Position numbers and translations under genes: made by a program. A stretch of 21,812 bases of DNA from positions 1 through 21,812 of the forward strand of contig CAYVOC010000024.1 in the NCBI GenBank assembly GCA_964453345.1, in the 5' to 3' direction. The notes beneath the pieces were generated by a model, which was not told where the DNA came from, ran no database searches, and was given only the letters and a program-made list of their open reading frames with translations. The DNA is from an uncultured Aquificales bacterium. Lineage in GTDB: Bacteria; Thermosulfidibacterota; Thermosulfidibacteria; Thermosulfidibacterales; Thermosulfidibacteraceae. Shown here one piece after another: positions 1 to 8,416 of the stretch (position 1 is its first letter; every line of letters begins with the position of its first letter).

Positions 1-2
1 AA

Positions 3-1847
3 GCGCATTTTGAGTATGTGGTGAGGGAAATTTATGCCAGGATTTTGGATTTTGCCGCCGATTTCAGGTTGGGGCTTGAGTTTAACGGGTGGACCCTTGA
101 GAGGATAGCGGATATATGGCCGGAGTATGTGGATAGGCTGCGCCGGTTGGTGGAGGAGGGGAGGGTTGAGGTTGTTGCCTCCTCCTACACCCAGTCCATC
201 TTTCCTCTGGTTCCCTATGAGGTGAACAGGAGGAATGTGGAGCTGGGCTTGAAGGTGTTTGAAGAGATTCTTGGGATCAGGCCGAGGGTGTTTCTTCTTA
301 ATGAGATGGCTTATTCAATGGGAACGGTGAGGATTCTGAAGGAGTTCGGTTTTGATGCTTTCGTTTTTGACTGGGTCAATGCGGTGAAGGGGAATGACTG
401 GGGGAAGAGCGTTCCTCTGTGGTCAGTGGTTGAGAATGAGGGTTTGAAGGTTTTGTGGGCGGATACATATATGACCCAGAGGTTTCAGAGGTTTGTGTGG
501 GGCGATATAGATGAGGAGGATTATCTTTCCTTTGTGAAAGACAGGCTGAATAAAGGTCCGTTCTGTCTTCCCGTGTATGTTGGGGATGCCGAGGTCTTCG
601 AGTATATTCCCGGAAGCCTTGTTTACAGCAAGGGGGGATCCGATCTTGCGGGGATTCGCCGCGCCTTTGAGCTTCTTGAGGGCTTGGGAGCCGAATTCGT
701 AAGGCCCTCTGATGTGCTGGAGGGTGATTCCTGTGTGTCGGAGGTTGGTATAGCCACTCCGGATTATCCGGTCAGGGTGAAGAAGCAGGATAAATACAAT
801 GTGACCCGCTGGGCTGTCACAGGAAGGGATGCGGTTAAGATGAATACCCAGTGCTACAGGTTAGCTTCTGCCCTTGGTGATGAGGCTGGAGAGGAGCTGT
901 GGAAGAACCTGTGCGTTTTGTGGGGGAGTGATTTCAGGACGAATACCACGGATGATAAGTATCTTTTTTTCAGGAACCTTATGGGTGAGACCCTGGGCAG
1001 GGTTTCCTGCAGGAGTTGTGAGGGTGCTTTCTTTTCGGGCTGTGGTTCGGGAAGGGTTGAGGAGAAGGGCAGGTATGTTGTGGTGGATACGCCCTATCAC
1101 AGGGCGGTTTTTATAAAGAACAAGGGGCTTGCGGTTAAGGAGCTTGTTTTTAAGGAGGCCGGTGAGCTTCCTCTGGTGGGCACGGTTGAGCATGGTTTCT
1201 ATGATGATGTCTCCTATGGCGCGGATTTTTTCTCCTTTCACGTTGTTTTTGCTACAAGGGATGGCAGGCAGATCACCGATGTTTCCTGTGATGTTGAGGT
1301 GGAGGCTTTCTGGGATGGGGATGTGCTGAAGGTGAGAAACGCTGTCCCCATGGAGTTGCCCCATCTTTCTCTTATTAAGGAGTTCTGGTTCGGCAGAGAT
1401 TTCAGGGTTTTTTACAGGCTTTACTTCAGGGATCTTTATCCCATGTCCTTCAGGCTGGGGATGGTTACGGCTATCCCTTCTTCCTTTGACAGGGAAAGCC
1501 TCTTTTACGCCACCCACAACGGGGGGAAGAGTATGGAGGTCTTTCGCCTTTCCGGAAAAAGGGTGCTTATGGATGCGCCGGTCAATTATGTGGTTACCAC
1601 CAAGGGGTGCCTCGGTGCAACGGAGGGGATCTTTGTCTTTGGCGATGCGGATAAGCATGTTGTGATAGAGACCGATAAGTCCCTTTTCTGTGCGGTTCCT
1701 CTGGTGAGATACGAGGAGCTGGGGGACAGCTTTTTCTTGAGGGTTTCCCACAGCATTTGCGAAAGGGACGATGTGGCGCATCAGTTTTTTAAGGGGTATG
1801 GTGAGGTGTTCTTTGATGTGAAGGCTGGTTCGGGAGGGATAAGGTGA
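3..1847 (+). CDS. Glycoside hydrolase family 57-like protein (5'-partial), glycan-locus associated
   Basis: The frame is open to the window edge (GCG CAT TTT GAG TAT GTG...), so the true start is probably upstream. It has GH57 N-terminal-domain motifs: NGWTLE, VEVVASSYTQSIFPL (cf. GGY-H-P-I-L-PL), PRVFLLNEMAYS (nucleophile Glu region, cf. WLPE) and YVGDAEVF (acid/base Asp region), followed by a beta-rich C-terminal half. The stop overlaps the next start (GTGA). Confidence 0.7.
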   Translation, partial: AHFEYVVREIYARILDFAADFRLGLEFNGWTLERIADIWPEYVDRLRRLVEEGRVEVVASSYTQSIFPLVPYEVNRRNVELGLKVFEEILGIRPRVFLLNEMAYSMGTVRILKEFGFDAFVFDWVNAVKGNDWGKSVPLWSVVENEGLKVLWADTYMTQRFQRFVWGDIDEEDYLSFVKDRLNKGPFCLPVYVGDAEVFEYIPGSLVYSKGGSDLAGIRRAFELLEGLGAEFVRPSDVLEGDSCVSEVGIATPDYPVRVKKQDKYNVTRWAVTGRDAVKMNTQCYRLASALGDEAGEELWKNLCVLWGSDFRTNTTDDKYLFFRNLMGETLGRVSCRSCEGAFFSGCGSGRVEEKGRYVVVDTPYHRAVFIKNKGLAVKELVFKEAGELPLVGTVEHGFYDDVSYGADFFSFHVVFATRDGRQITDVSCDVEVEAFWDGDVLKVRNAVPMELPHLSLIKEFWFGRDFRVFYRLYFRDLYPMSFRLGMVTAIPSSFDRESLFYATHNGGKSMEVFRLSGKRVLMDAPVNYVVTTKGCLGATEGIFVFGDADKHVVIETDKSLFCAVPLVRYEELGDSFFLRVSHSICERDDVAHQFFKGYGEVFFDVKAGSGGIR

Positions 1848-2803
1848 TTGTAATCGCGGAGGTTGGCAGCAATTTTGCCGGTTCCCTTGAGAAGGCTAAA
1901 GAATATGTGAGGGCATGTAAAGAGGCCGGGGCCGATGTGGTCAAGTTTCAGTGCTGGAGGGCGGAGGATCTTCTGTCCGTGCATCATCCGGCCTATGGGG
2001 CGGTTAAGAATGAGGTGCTGGGGCTTCCCCTTGAGTGGCATCCCGAGGTTAAGAGAGTGGCGGATGAGGAGGGAATAGCCTTCTGCACCACCGTAACCCA
2101 GCCCTATCAGATTGAGAAGCTGGAGGAGATGGGGGTAGAGCTTTACAAGGTGGCAAGCGGGGATCTCACCTTTTTTGCCCTTCTGGATGAGCTGAACGGG
2201 ACCGAAAAGAAGGTGATACTTTCTACAGGGATGGCGAATTTGAGCGAGATAGAGGCTGCCTTGGAGAGGCTCATTGATTGCGAGGTTGTTCTTATGCACT
2301 GTGTCTCTCTGTATCCTCCGGATTTTTCGGAGGTGAATTTGAGGGCGCTGGAGACGCTGATGGAGTTTTTCCCGGAGTGTGAGGTGGGCATTTCCGATCA
2401 CACCCCCGGCTTTGAGGTGGCCGTTGCTGCGCTTGCCATGGGAGCGGGTTGGGTGGAGAAGCATGTCACCTTCAGCAGGGGCATGGGCACCCCCGATGCC
2501 CCCTTCGCCTTGGAGATGGAGGAGCTGAAGGCGATGGTGGATGTTCTGCGAAGGGTGGAAAGGGCCCTGGGAGATGGTGTCAAGGCACCTTCCATGAGGG
2601 AGTTGCCCGAAAGGTTCTGGGCGAGAAGGGGCATGTATGCTGCAAGGGATATGGAAAGGGGAGAGGTGCTCAGCCTTTCCGATGTGGTGTTTCTGAGGCC
2701 CTGCAAGGGTGTGCCGGCGGAGGCCTTTGAGGCGGCTATAGGTAGGAGATTGAAGAGGGATGTTTCTGAAGGGGAGCCTATAGGCTTTGAGGATTTGGAG
2801 TAA
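1844..2803 (+). CDS. N-acetylneuraminate/nonulosonate synthase family protein (NeuB/PseI/SpsE) with C-terminal SAF domain
   Basis: Motifs IAEVGSN, GADVVKFQ, KVASGD, ILSTGMA, MHCVSLYP, GISDHT, EKHVT and PD, plus a C-terminal SAF/antifreeze-like domain (ARRGMYAARDMERGEVLS...LRP). GTG start with upstream GGAGGG. Confidence 0.9.
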   Translation: MIVIAEVGSNFAGSLEKAKEYVRACKEAGADVVKFQCWRAEDLLSVHHPAYGAVKNEVLGLPLEWHPEVKRVADEEGIAFCTTVTQPYQIEKLEEMGVELYKVASGDLTFFALLDELNGTEKKVILSTGMANLSEIEAALERLIDCEVVLMHCVSLYPPDFSEVNLRALETLMEFFPECEVGISDHTPGFEVAVAALAMGAGWVEKHVTFSRGMGTPDAPFALEMEELKAMVDVLRRVERALGDGVKAPSMRELPERFWARRGMYAARDMERGEVLSLSDVVFLRPCKGVPAEAFEAAIGRRLKRDVSEGEPIGFEDLE

Positions 2804-3446
2804 GTCCTAATTTTTTTGCCCTTTTTATGAGGGCTTCCCTTTGATCCGGGGATAGGATGCAGGTTATCCTGTAGATTTTTAAGGTTTTTTTGATGGTTAT
2901 CTTCTGGGTGACGGGGTTTATCCTCAGCTTTTTCAAAGTTTGTATGGTCTCTTTTATGTTTTGGGGATCGCTGTAGGAGCCTGCCACCACCTGGTAGAGC
3001 CTTCCCTTTTTCATTATCCACGGATCGAGATGGGGGTTGGTTCTTTTTATTACTTCCTTTAGCCTTTCTGCGTTGGTTTTGTTTCTGAATATTCCCGCTA
3101 TGATGCGGGTTATTGTGATGTTTTTGGTTGTGTGGGTGGCTGTTGTGCTTATGCTTTTGCACATGGGAAGGTCGCTGCTTTTGGGTATGAAGTTTCCCCA
3201 CAGGGTATAGGTTATGGTTTGGGGTTTGGGCTTTGGGGGCGGTGGCGGTTTTGGTGGAGGGGGCGCCTTTACCTCTTCAAGTTCGGCAAGCTTGTATATC
3301 TGTATCTGGCGCTGCTGTGGGGCGGGCTTCTTTTTGGGCTTTTTTAGGATTGCTATGCCGGCTGCGGCTGTGGCGGATATGGCTATTGCAGCAACTGTTG
3401 AGGCAAGGAGCGGCTTGTTCAACCGCTCCCTGCCGATCTTTTCCAA
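2778..3446 (-). CDS. Membrane-anchored SPOR-domain (peptidoglycan-binding) protein with Pro-rich linker
   Basis: N-terminal hydrophobic helix (LLASTVAAIAISATAAAGIAIL), a PPPPKPPPPPKPKP linker, and a SPOR-like segment (IIAGIFRNKTNAERLKE...LYQVVAGSYSDPQNIKETIQTLKK). The start codon is uncertain (TTG at 3446 or a later TTG). Confidence 0.7.
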   Translation of the reverse strand: MEKIGRERLNKPLLASTVAAIAISATAAAGIAILKKPKKKPAPQQRQIQIYKLAELEEVKAPPPPKPPPPPKPKPQTITYTLWGNFIPKSSDLPMCKSISTTATHTTKNITITRIIAGIFRNKTNAERLKEVIKRTNPHLDPWIMKKGRLYQVVAGSYSDPQNIKETIQTLKKLRINPVTQKITIKKTLKIYRITCILSPDQREALIKRAKKLGLTPNPQSL

Positions 3447-3486
3447 GTATACGTGCCGATTCTCCTCTCTTATGTCGAAGGGGATT

Positions 3487-5559
3487 TTATTCAGCCTGGG
3501 CCTCCCTGGCCTTCTCTATTATCTCTTTGGCTATCTGGGCGGGCACCTCCTCGTAATGGGAGAACTCCATGCTGTAGGTGCCCCTGCCGCCGGTTAGTGA
3601 TCTGAGTTCAGGTGCATAGGTTAACACCTCGGCTAAGGGGACAAGGGCCTTTATTACCTGGTTTTTGCCCTTGGCCTCAACTCCCATGATCTTGCCCCTT
3701 CTTGCGTTCAGGTCTCCTATCACATCCCCCACGCACTCATCGGGGACGATCACCTCCATCTTCATGATGGGTTCAAGTAGCACCGGCTTTGCCTTTGCCG
3801 CTCCCTCTTTGAAGGCCATGGATGCGGCTATCTGGAAGGCAAGGTCCGATGAGTCAACGGGGTGGTGTTTTCCGTCGTAGAGGGTGACCTTCACGTCAAC
3901 CACAGGGTATCCGGCAAGAACGCCCTCTTCCATGGCCTTTCTGACTCCCTTTTCCACCGAGGGGATGTATTGCCTTGGCACAACGCCGCCGACGATCTGA
4001 TCAACGAACTCAAAGCCGGCTCCCCTGGGCAGAGGCTCTATTCTCAGCCAGACGACTCCATACTGGCCCCTTCCGCCGCTCTGTTTGACGTATTTGCCCT
4101 GGACTTCTGCCTTGCCCTTGATGGTCTCTTTGTAGGGGACCTTGGGTTTTTGCAGCTCAACATCCACCCCGTAGCGCTTCTTCATCTTGCTGACAACGGT
4201 TTCTATGTGCATCTGGCCGAGACCGGATATGAGCAATTCTTTGGTCTGGGGATCCCTTCTCACCTCTAAGGACATGTCCTCTTCAAGGGCTCTTTGCAGA
4301 GCCGTTGAGATCTTGTCCTCGTCGGCGCGGCTCTTGGCCTTTATGGCATAGGATAGGATGGGCTGCGGGAACTCTATTTCGGGCAGTTTTATGGGGTTGG
4401 CGGGATCGCACAGGGTGTCTCCTGTTCGGGTTTCTTTGAGTTTTGGTATGGCCACTATGTCTCCTGCCACAAGTTCCGGTGCGGGTTTCTGTTCTTTGCC
4501 CACCATGAAGAAGGGCTTTGAGAGCTTTTCCTTGGTCTCCCTGTTGGGGTTGAGAACCGTTGTGTCGGGGCTTGCCTTGCCGGAGAAGATCCTTGCAAGG
4601 GAGATTTTGCCTGCGTAGGGATCGGAGAGGGTTTTGAATACGAGGGCGCAGAAGGGTTCATCAATGCTCGGTTTTCTCTCCTCCTCTTCTCCGGTTTCCG
4701 GATTTATTCCTTTGACCGGGGGCCTTTCGTAGGGGGAGGGCAGAAGCTCAACGATCTTGTCCAGAAGCAGGCTAACTCCCTTGTTTTCTACGGCTGAACC
4801 CACCATGGCGGGAAAGAGCTTGCCCTCAAGTATGGCTTCCTTGAAGGCCGGGATCAGCTCGTCCCTTGTAAGCTCTTCACCTTCAAGGTATTTCTCCAGT
4901 AGCTCGTCCTTGGTTTCGGCGATGTTTTCAATGAGGGCTTCCCTTGCCTTTTCTATGGTCTCTTTGAGGGCTTCAGGGGCGTCTCCTTCTTTCAGGTTCC
5001 CATTTTCAAAGTAGAAGGCCTTTCTTGCAAGAAGGTTGTATATGCCCACAAACTTTTCCCCTTCCATTATGGGAAGCTGGATGGGGGTGGGTTTTACGCC
5101 AAGGCTTTCCTTTATGTCCTCGAGGGTCTTTTCAAAGTTTGCGTTGGGCTTGTCCATCTCGTTTACGAAGATGATCCTGGGCAGGTTGTATTTGTTCATT
5201 ATGCCCCAGAGTTTTTCTGTCTGAACCTTCACCCCGTCAACGGCGGATACAAGAACCACGGCTCCGTCCACAACCCTCAGGGCGCCGTAGGTGTCTGATA
5301 TGAAGTTTGCCTGTCCGGGGGTGTCAACCAGGTTTATCTTGCAGTCCTTCCAGTTGAACTGGGCTATGGCCAGTTGCAGCGAGCAGCCCCTTTCCTTCTC
5401 TTCTTCGTCGTAGTCCATGACTGTGTTGCCGTCGGCCACGCTTCCCATGCGGGATATGACCCCCGCCGTGTATAGCATGGCCTCGGCTAAAGTCGTCTTT
5501 CCTGTTCCTCCATCGGCGAATAGACCAACATTTCTGATCTTAGCCTCCCTTTGCCCCAT
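3487..5559 (-). CDS. fusA: Elongation factor G paralog (EF-G2/FusA2-like)
   Basis: Full 690-aa EF-G architecture: IRNVGL..GKTT, DTPG, domain IV KQSGGRGQYG and HPVDSS, domain V LLEPIM...GDVIGDLNARRG. It is not flanked by rpsL/rpsG/tuf and has divergent G motifs, so it is probably a secondary copy. RBS AGGGGGA upstream. Confidence 0.9.
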   Translation of the reverse strand: MGQREAKIRNVGLFADGGTGKTTLAEAMLYTAGVISRMGSVADGNTVMDYDEEEKERGCSLQLAIAQFNWKDCKINLVDTPGQANFISDTYGALRVVDGAVVLVSAVDGVKVQTEKLWGIMNKYNLPRIIFVNEMDKPNANFEKTLEDIKESLGVKPTPIQLPIMEGEKFVGIYNLLARKAFYFENGNLKEGDAPEALKETIEKAREALIENIAETKDELLEKYLEGEELTRDELIPAFKEAILEGKLFPAMVGSAVENKGVSLLLDKIVELLPSPYERPPVKGINPETGEEEERKPSIDEPFCALVFKTLSDPYAGKISLARIFSGKASPDTTVLNPNRETKEKLSKPFFMVGKEQKPAPELVAGDIVAIPKLKETRTGDTLCDPANPIKLPEIEFPQPILSYAIKAKSRADEDKISTALQRALEEDMSLEVRRDPQTKELLISGLGQMHIETVVSKMKKRYGVDVELQKPKVPYKETIKGKAEVQGKYVKQSGGRGQYGVVWLRIEPLPRGAGFEFVDQIVGGVVPRQYIPSVEKGVRKAMEEGVLAGYPVVDVKVTLYDGKHHPVDSSDLAFQIAASMAFKEGAAKAKPVLLEPIMKMEVIVPDECVGDVIGDLNARRGKIMGVEAKGKNQVIKALVPLAEVLTYAPELRSLTGGRGTYSMEFSHYEEVPAQIAKEIIEKAREAQAE

Positions 5560-5597
5560 GACGCATCCCCCTTGAGAGTTTCTGAAAAGCTATTCTG

Positions 5598-5627
5598 AAA
5601 ATACCACAAAGCTGTTTTTAGGGTCAA
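5598..5627 (-). promoter_or_regulatory. Putative sigma-70 promoter for the fusA paralog
   Basis: Minus strand TTGACC (5627-5622), 18-nt spacer, TATTTT (5603-5598) with extended -10 TGn, about 40 nt upstream of the ATG in the kinase-fusA intergenic gap. Confidence 0.55.
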
Positions 5628-5636
5628 CTTTGTGTT

Positions 5637-7652
5637 CTACTGGGTCAGATTCCTTATCGCTTTCCCGAGTTCAAAGATTGTGAACGGCTTTATGAGAACT
5701 CCTGTTCCCTTTTCAGAGCTTCTCGATAGAAGCTGACTGAGCCTGTCGGTGTATCCGGTCATGTAGATAACCTTCAGGGAGGGGTTTATGCTTCTCATTT
5801 TGTCGGCCAGTTCAAAGCCTCCCATGTTTGGCATGACCAGATCCGTTATGAGGAGTTCGTATTCGGCCGGCTTCTTCTCAAACTCGGCGAGGGCCTGCAC
5901 GGGATCGCTGAATCCCTCTGAGACTATATTTAAATTTTTCAGCATCTCCATCACCGCTGTGAGCAGCGGCTGGTTGTCCTCCACCACAATCACCTTGCCC
6001 TTCAGCTTGAGTTTGGGGTAGCTGGTGGGTTCTGCGTCCGGGGCGGGGGAGGATGCTTCCGGGGGTTCGCAGCGAGGAAGATAGATTTTGAAGGTGGTTC
6101 CCTTGCCGGGGGTGCTTTCAACGTCTATGATGCCGTTTAGCCCCTTGATGACGTTGAATGTGTAATACAATCCGAATCCCGTTCCCTTGTCGCCTTTGGT
6201 TGTGAAGAAGGGATCGAAAATCTTTTCTATATGCTCTTCCGGTATTCCGCATCCTGTGTCCTTCACCTCTATGACCACCGCATCCTCGGGATAGGGGGAT
6301 TCCGGGCTGAAGCGCTTGGTGTATAGTCGAATCTTGAGTGTGCCGCCTTCCGGCATGGCGTCCTGGGCGTTGGTGGTAAGGTTCATAAGTATGGAGTGGA
6401 TCTCTTCTGGGCTGGCTTCAACGGTGAGCGGTCTTTCGTCGTTTATCTCCAGCTCCACCCTTATGTTTTCGGGGAGGGTGTGGCTGATCAGTTTAACAAA
6501 TTCTTTCACCATGGGCTTGAGATCCACTATCTGCTTTTCGGATGTGGACTCCCTTGAGAAGAGAAGCAGGCTTGAGGTCAGGTTTGACGCCTTCTGGCAT
6601 TCCTTGAATATTATGTTCAGATATTCGAGAAGCTCTGGATCATTCCGGGCCCTTTCGATGCATAGCTGGGTAAAGCCCATTATCACATTGAGCAGATTGT
6701 TGAAGTCGTGGGCTATGCCCCCTGCGAGTATTCCGAGGGATTCCAGCTTCTGGGCCCTCAGCTTGATTCTGTCAAAGGCCTCCTTCTCCCGCAGGTATTC
6801 GTAGAAGGAGAAGGTGAAGTTCAGAAGGTGTTGAAAGTTTTCAAGGATATTGAGGTCTGCCAGGGTGAATCTCGGTTGATCCATGGTTCTGCAGAAGGAG
6901 ATGGTGCCGTATAGTTCCCCGTTGACCGTTATTGGGATTGCGATGGCGCTTGCGATGATCCCCTTTTTGTTCATGCAGGCCGAGGGCAGAAGGTCCGGAG
7001 GGTATTCCTCAAGTATGCAGGGTCGCTTGGTTGCAGCTGCTCTGCCCATGGCGCCCTTTCCCCATTCCACCTGCCGGGTCAGGGGCTTTATCCCTATCCA
7101 GTCCACTATTTCGATAAGCTGTCTTTTCTCATCCACTCTGCTCAGCATTACGGTGCTTGCGTCAAATAGGTTCTTGGTCTTTTCCAGAAGCTTTTTCGTG
7201 AAGATTTCGAAGGATATCTTTTCCTGGAACAGCTTCATGATTTCTGTGAATGTTTGGATGAGTGCGTTCTGCTTTTTTGTGATCTGTCTGAGGATGTCGC
7301 TTTCTATGATCCAGGAGATCTCTTCAAGTATTTCCTTTATTTCAGATTCGTTCCATGTTGCCGATTGATCTTCGGGTTCTATCATGATGAGTCCGTGAAA
7401 GTTGTTCAATTCAAATTTTAGCTTTGCACACAGATGATTCTCCATGTTTATGCATTTGTGCAGTATAAAGGGATCGTGGGGGCAGCTTTTCACCTTTTCT
7501 ATTTTTATTCTGAGCCGATCCTCATCGTCTAAGTAGTTTTTGCTGGAACTCGATGTTTCGTCGTAGACAAATACCCTTACTCTTCTGCAGGGCAGGATGC
7601 TTTTTAGCCTATGGAGCGCTCTTTCCGCGTATTTGTTTACCTTTCCTTCCAA
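5637..7652 (-). CDS. Cytoplasmic hybrid sensor histidine kinase/response regulator (GAF-HisKA-HATPase-REC)
   Basis: GAF segment ([15 protein letters not shown]...[17 protein letters not shown]...[11 protein letters not shown]), H-box [11 protein letters not shown]-box [13 protein letters not shown]1 DTGCGI, F-box FDPFFTTK, G2 GTGFGL, and receiver motifs VVEDN / [11 protein letters not shown] / MTGY / KPF. No transmembrane helix is evident. The TTG start overlaps the upstream stop and is uncertain. Confidence 0.9.
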   Translation of the reverse strand: MEGKVNKYAERALHRLKSILPCRRVRVFVYDETSSSSKNYLDDEDRLRIKIEKVKSCPHDPFILHKCINMENHLCAKLKFELNNFHGLIMIEPEDQSATWNESEIKEILEEISWIIESDILRQITKKQNALIQTFTEIMKLFQEKISFEIFTKKLLEKTKNLFDASTVMLSRVDEKRQLIEIVDWIGIKPLTRQVEWGKGAMGRAAATKRPCILEEYPPDLLPSACMNKKGIIASAIAIPITVNGELYGTISFCRTMDQPRFTLADLNILENFQHLLNFTFSFYEYLREKEAFDRIKLRAQKLESLGILAGGIAHDFNNLLNVIMGFTQLCIERARNDPELLEYLNIIFKECQKASNLTSSLLLFSRESTSEKQIVDLKPMVKEFVKLISHTLPENIRVELEINDERPLTVEASPEEIHSILMNLTTNAQDAMPEGGTLKIRLYTKRFSPESPYPEDAVVIEVKDTGCGIPEEHIEKIFDPFFTTKGDKGTGFGLYYTFNVIKGLNGIIDVESTPGKGTTFKIYLPRCEPPEASSPAPDAEPTSYPKLKLKGKVIVVEDNQPLLTAVMEMLKNLNIVSEGFSDPVQALAEFEKKPAEYELLITDLVMPNMGGFELADKMRSINPSLKVIYMTGYTDRLSQLLSRSSEKGTGVLIKPFTIFELGKAIRNLTQ

Positions 7653-8407
7653 ACCGGTTCCCTCTTTTCAAGAAAGGACATGATCCCCTCTTTGGCGTCT
7701 TCCATTCTTGCGTTCACCACAATGGCATTGGTGGCGTATTCGAGGGCTTCCAGATCGTTCATCTGGTATTGGCTGTGATAGACCCTCTTGCCCAGGGCGA
7801 TAACATTGAGGCTGAATCTTGTTATCAGGGAGGCAAGCTCTAAAGCTGTTTCCATCAGCCTGCCCTTGGGGGCTATCCTGTTTATAAGTCCGAAATGTAA
7901 GGCCTTTTCTGCGTCAATGGGTTCCCCTGTGAAGAGCATTTCCGCCATGATCTTTCTGGGTAGGTTTCTGCTCACCAGGGTGCTTGGGGTTGAGCAGAAG
8001 AAGCCGAATTTGATTCCGGGGGTCATGAAAAGGGCGCCTTCTTCCGCAACTGCAAGCTCGCAGGCGGCTGCAAGCTGGCAGCCCGCACCGGCCGCGACAC
8101 CGTGAACGGCTGCAATGCTCACCTGGGGGATCTCCCTCAGGGTTCTGAACATCTTCTGGCACTCAAGGAAGACGTCCAGAACATCCTTTACGCCTTCCTG
8201 GAGCACATCTCCGTAGAAGTGCCCGGAGCAAAAGGCCTTTCCTTCGCCTCTAAATATGACAACCTTTACCCTTTTCTCTTCGCCGATTCTTTCCAGAAGT
8301 TTTCTGATTTCTTTTAGCATATCAATTGTTAGGGCGTTTCTTTTGTCCGGATTGTTCAGTGTGATTATTCCCACCTGATCCCTTTCCGAATACAGGACAA
8401 GGTCCAT
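7637..8407 (-). CDS. Enoyl-CoA hydratase/isomerase (crotonase) family protein, ECHDC3-like
   Basis: Motifs [95 protein letters not shown]. Confidence 0.9.
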   Translation of the reverse strand: MDLVLYSERDQVGIITLNNPDKRNALTIDMLKEIRKLLERIGEEKRVKVVIFRGEGKAFCSGHFYGDVLQEGVKDVLDVFLECQKMFRTLREIPQVSIAAVHGVAAGAGCQLAAACELAVAEEGALFMTPGIKFGFFCSTPSTLVSRNLPRKIMAEMLFTGEPIDAEKALHFGLINRIAPKGRLMETALELASLITRFSLNVIALGKRVYHSQYQMNDLEALEYATNAIVVNARMEDAKEGIMSFLEKREPVWKER

Positions 8408-8416
8408 CTTCTCTCC

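Noticed and set aside
861-2464. Long minus-strand ORFs 861..1781 and 1781..2464
   Set aside because: They are antisense shadows of the well-supported GH57-like and NeuB genes, with no recognisable motifs.
2398-3201. 267-aa minus-strand ORF rich in K/N/Q/H
   Set aside because: It is an alternative frame of the SPOR gene and antisense to neuB. Its composition just reflects the A/C-rich minus strand.
3205-3270. G/T-rich low-complexity repeats (ggtttggggtttgggctttgggggcggtggcgg), possible G-quadruplex or tandem repeat
   Set aside because: Fully explained by the Pro/Lys linker codons of the SPOR protein on the minus strand.
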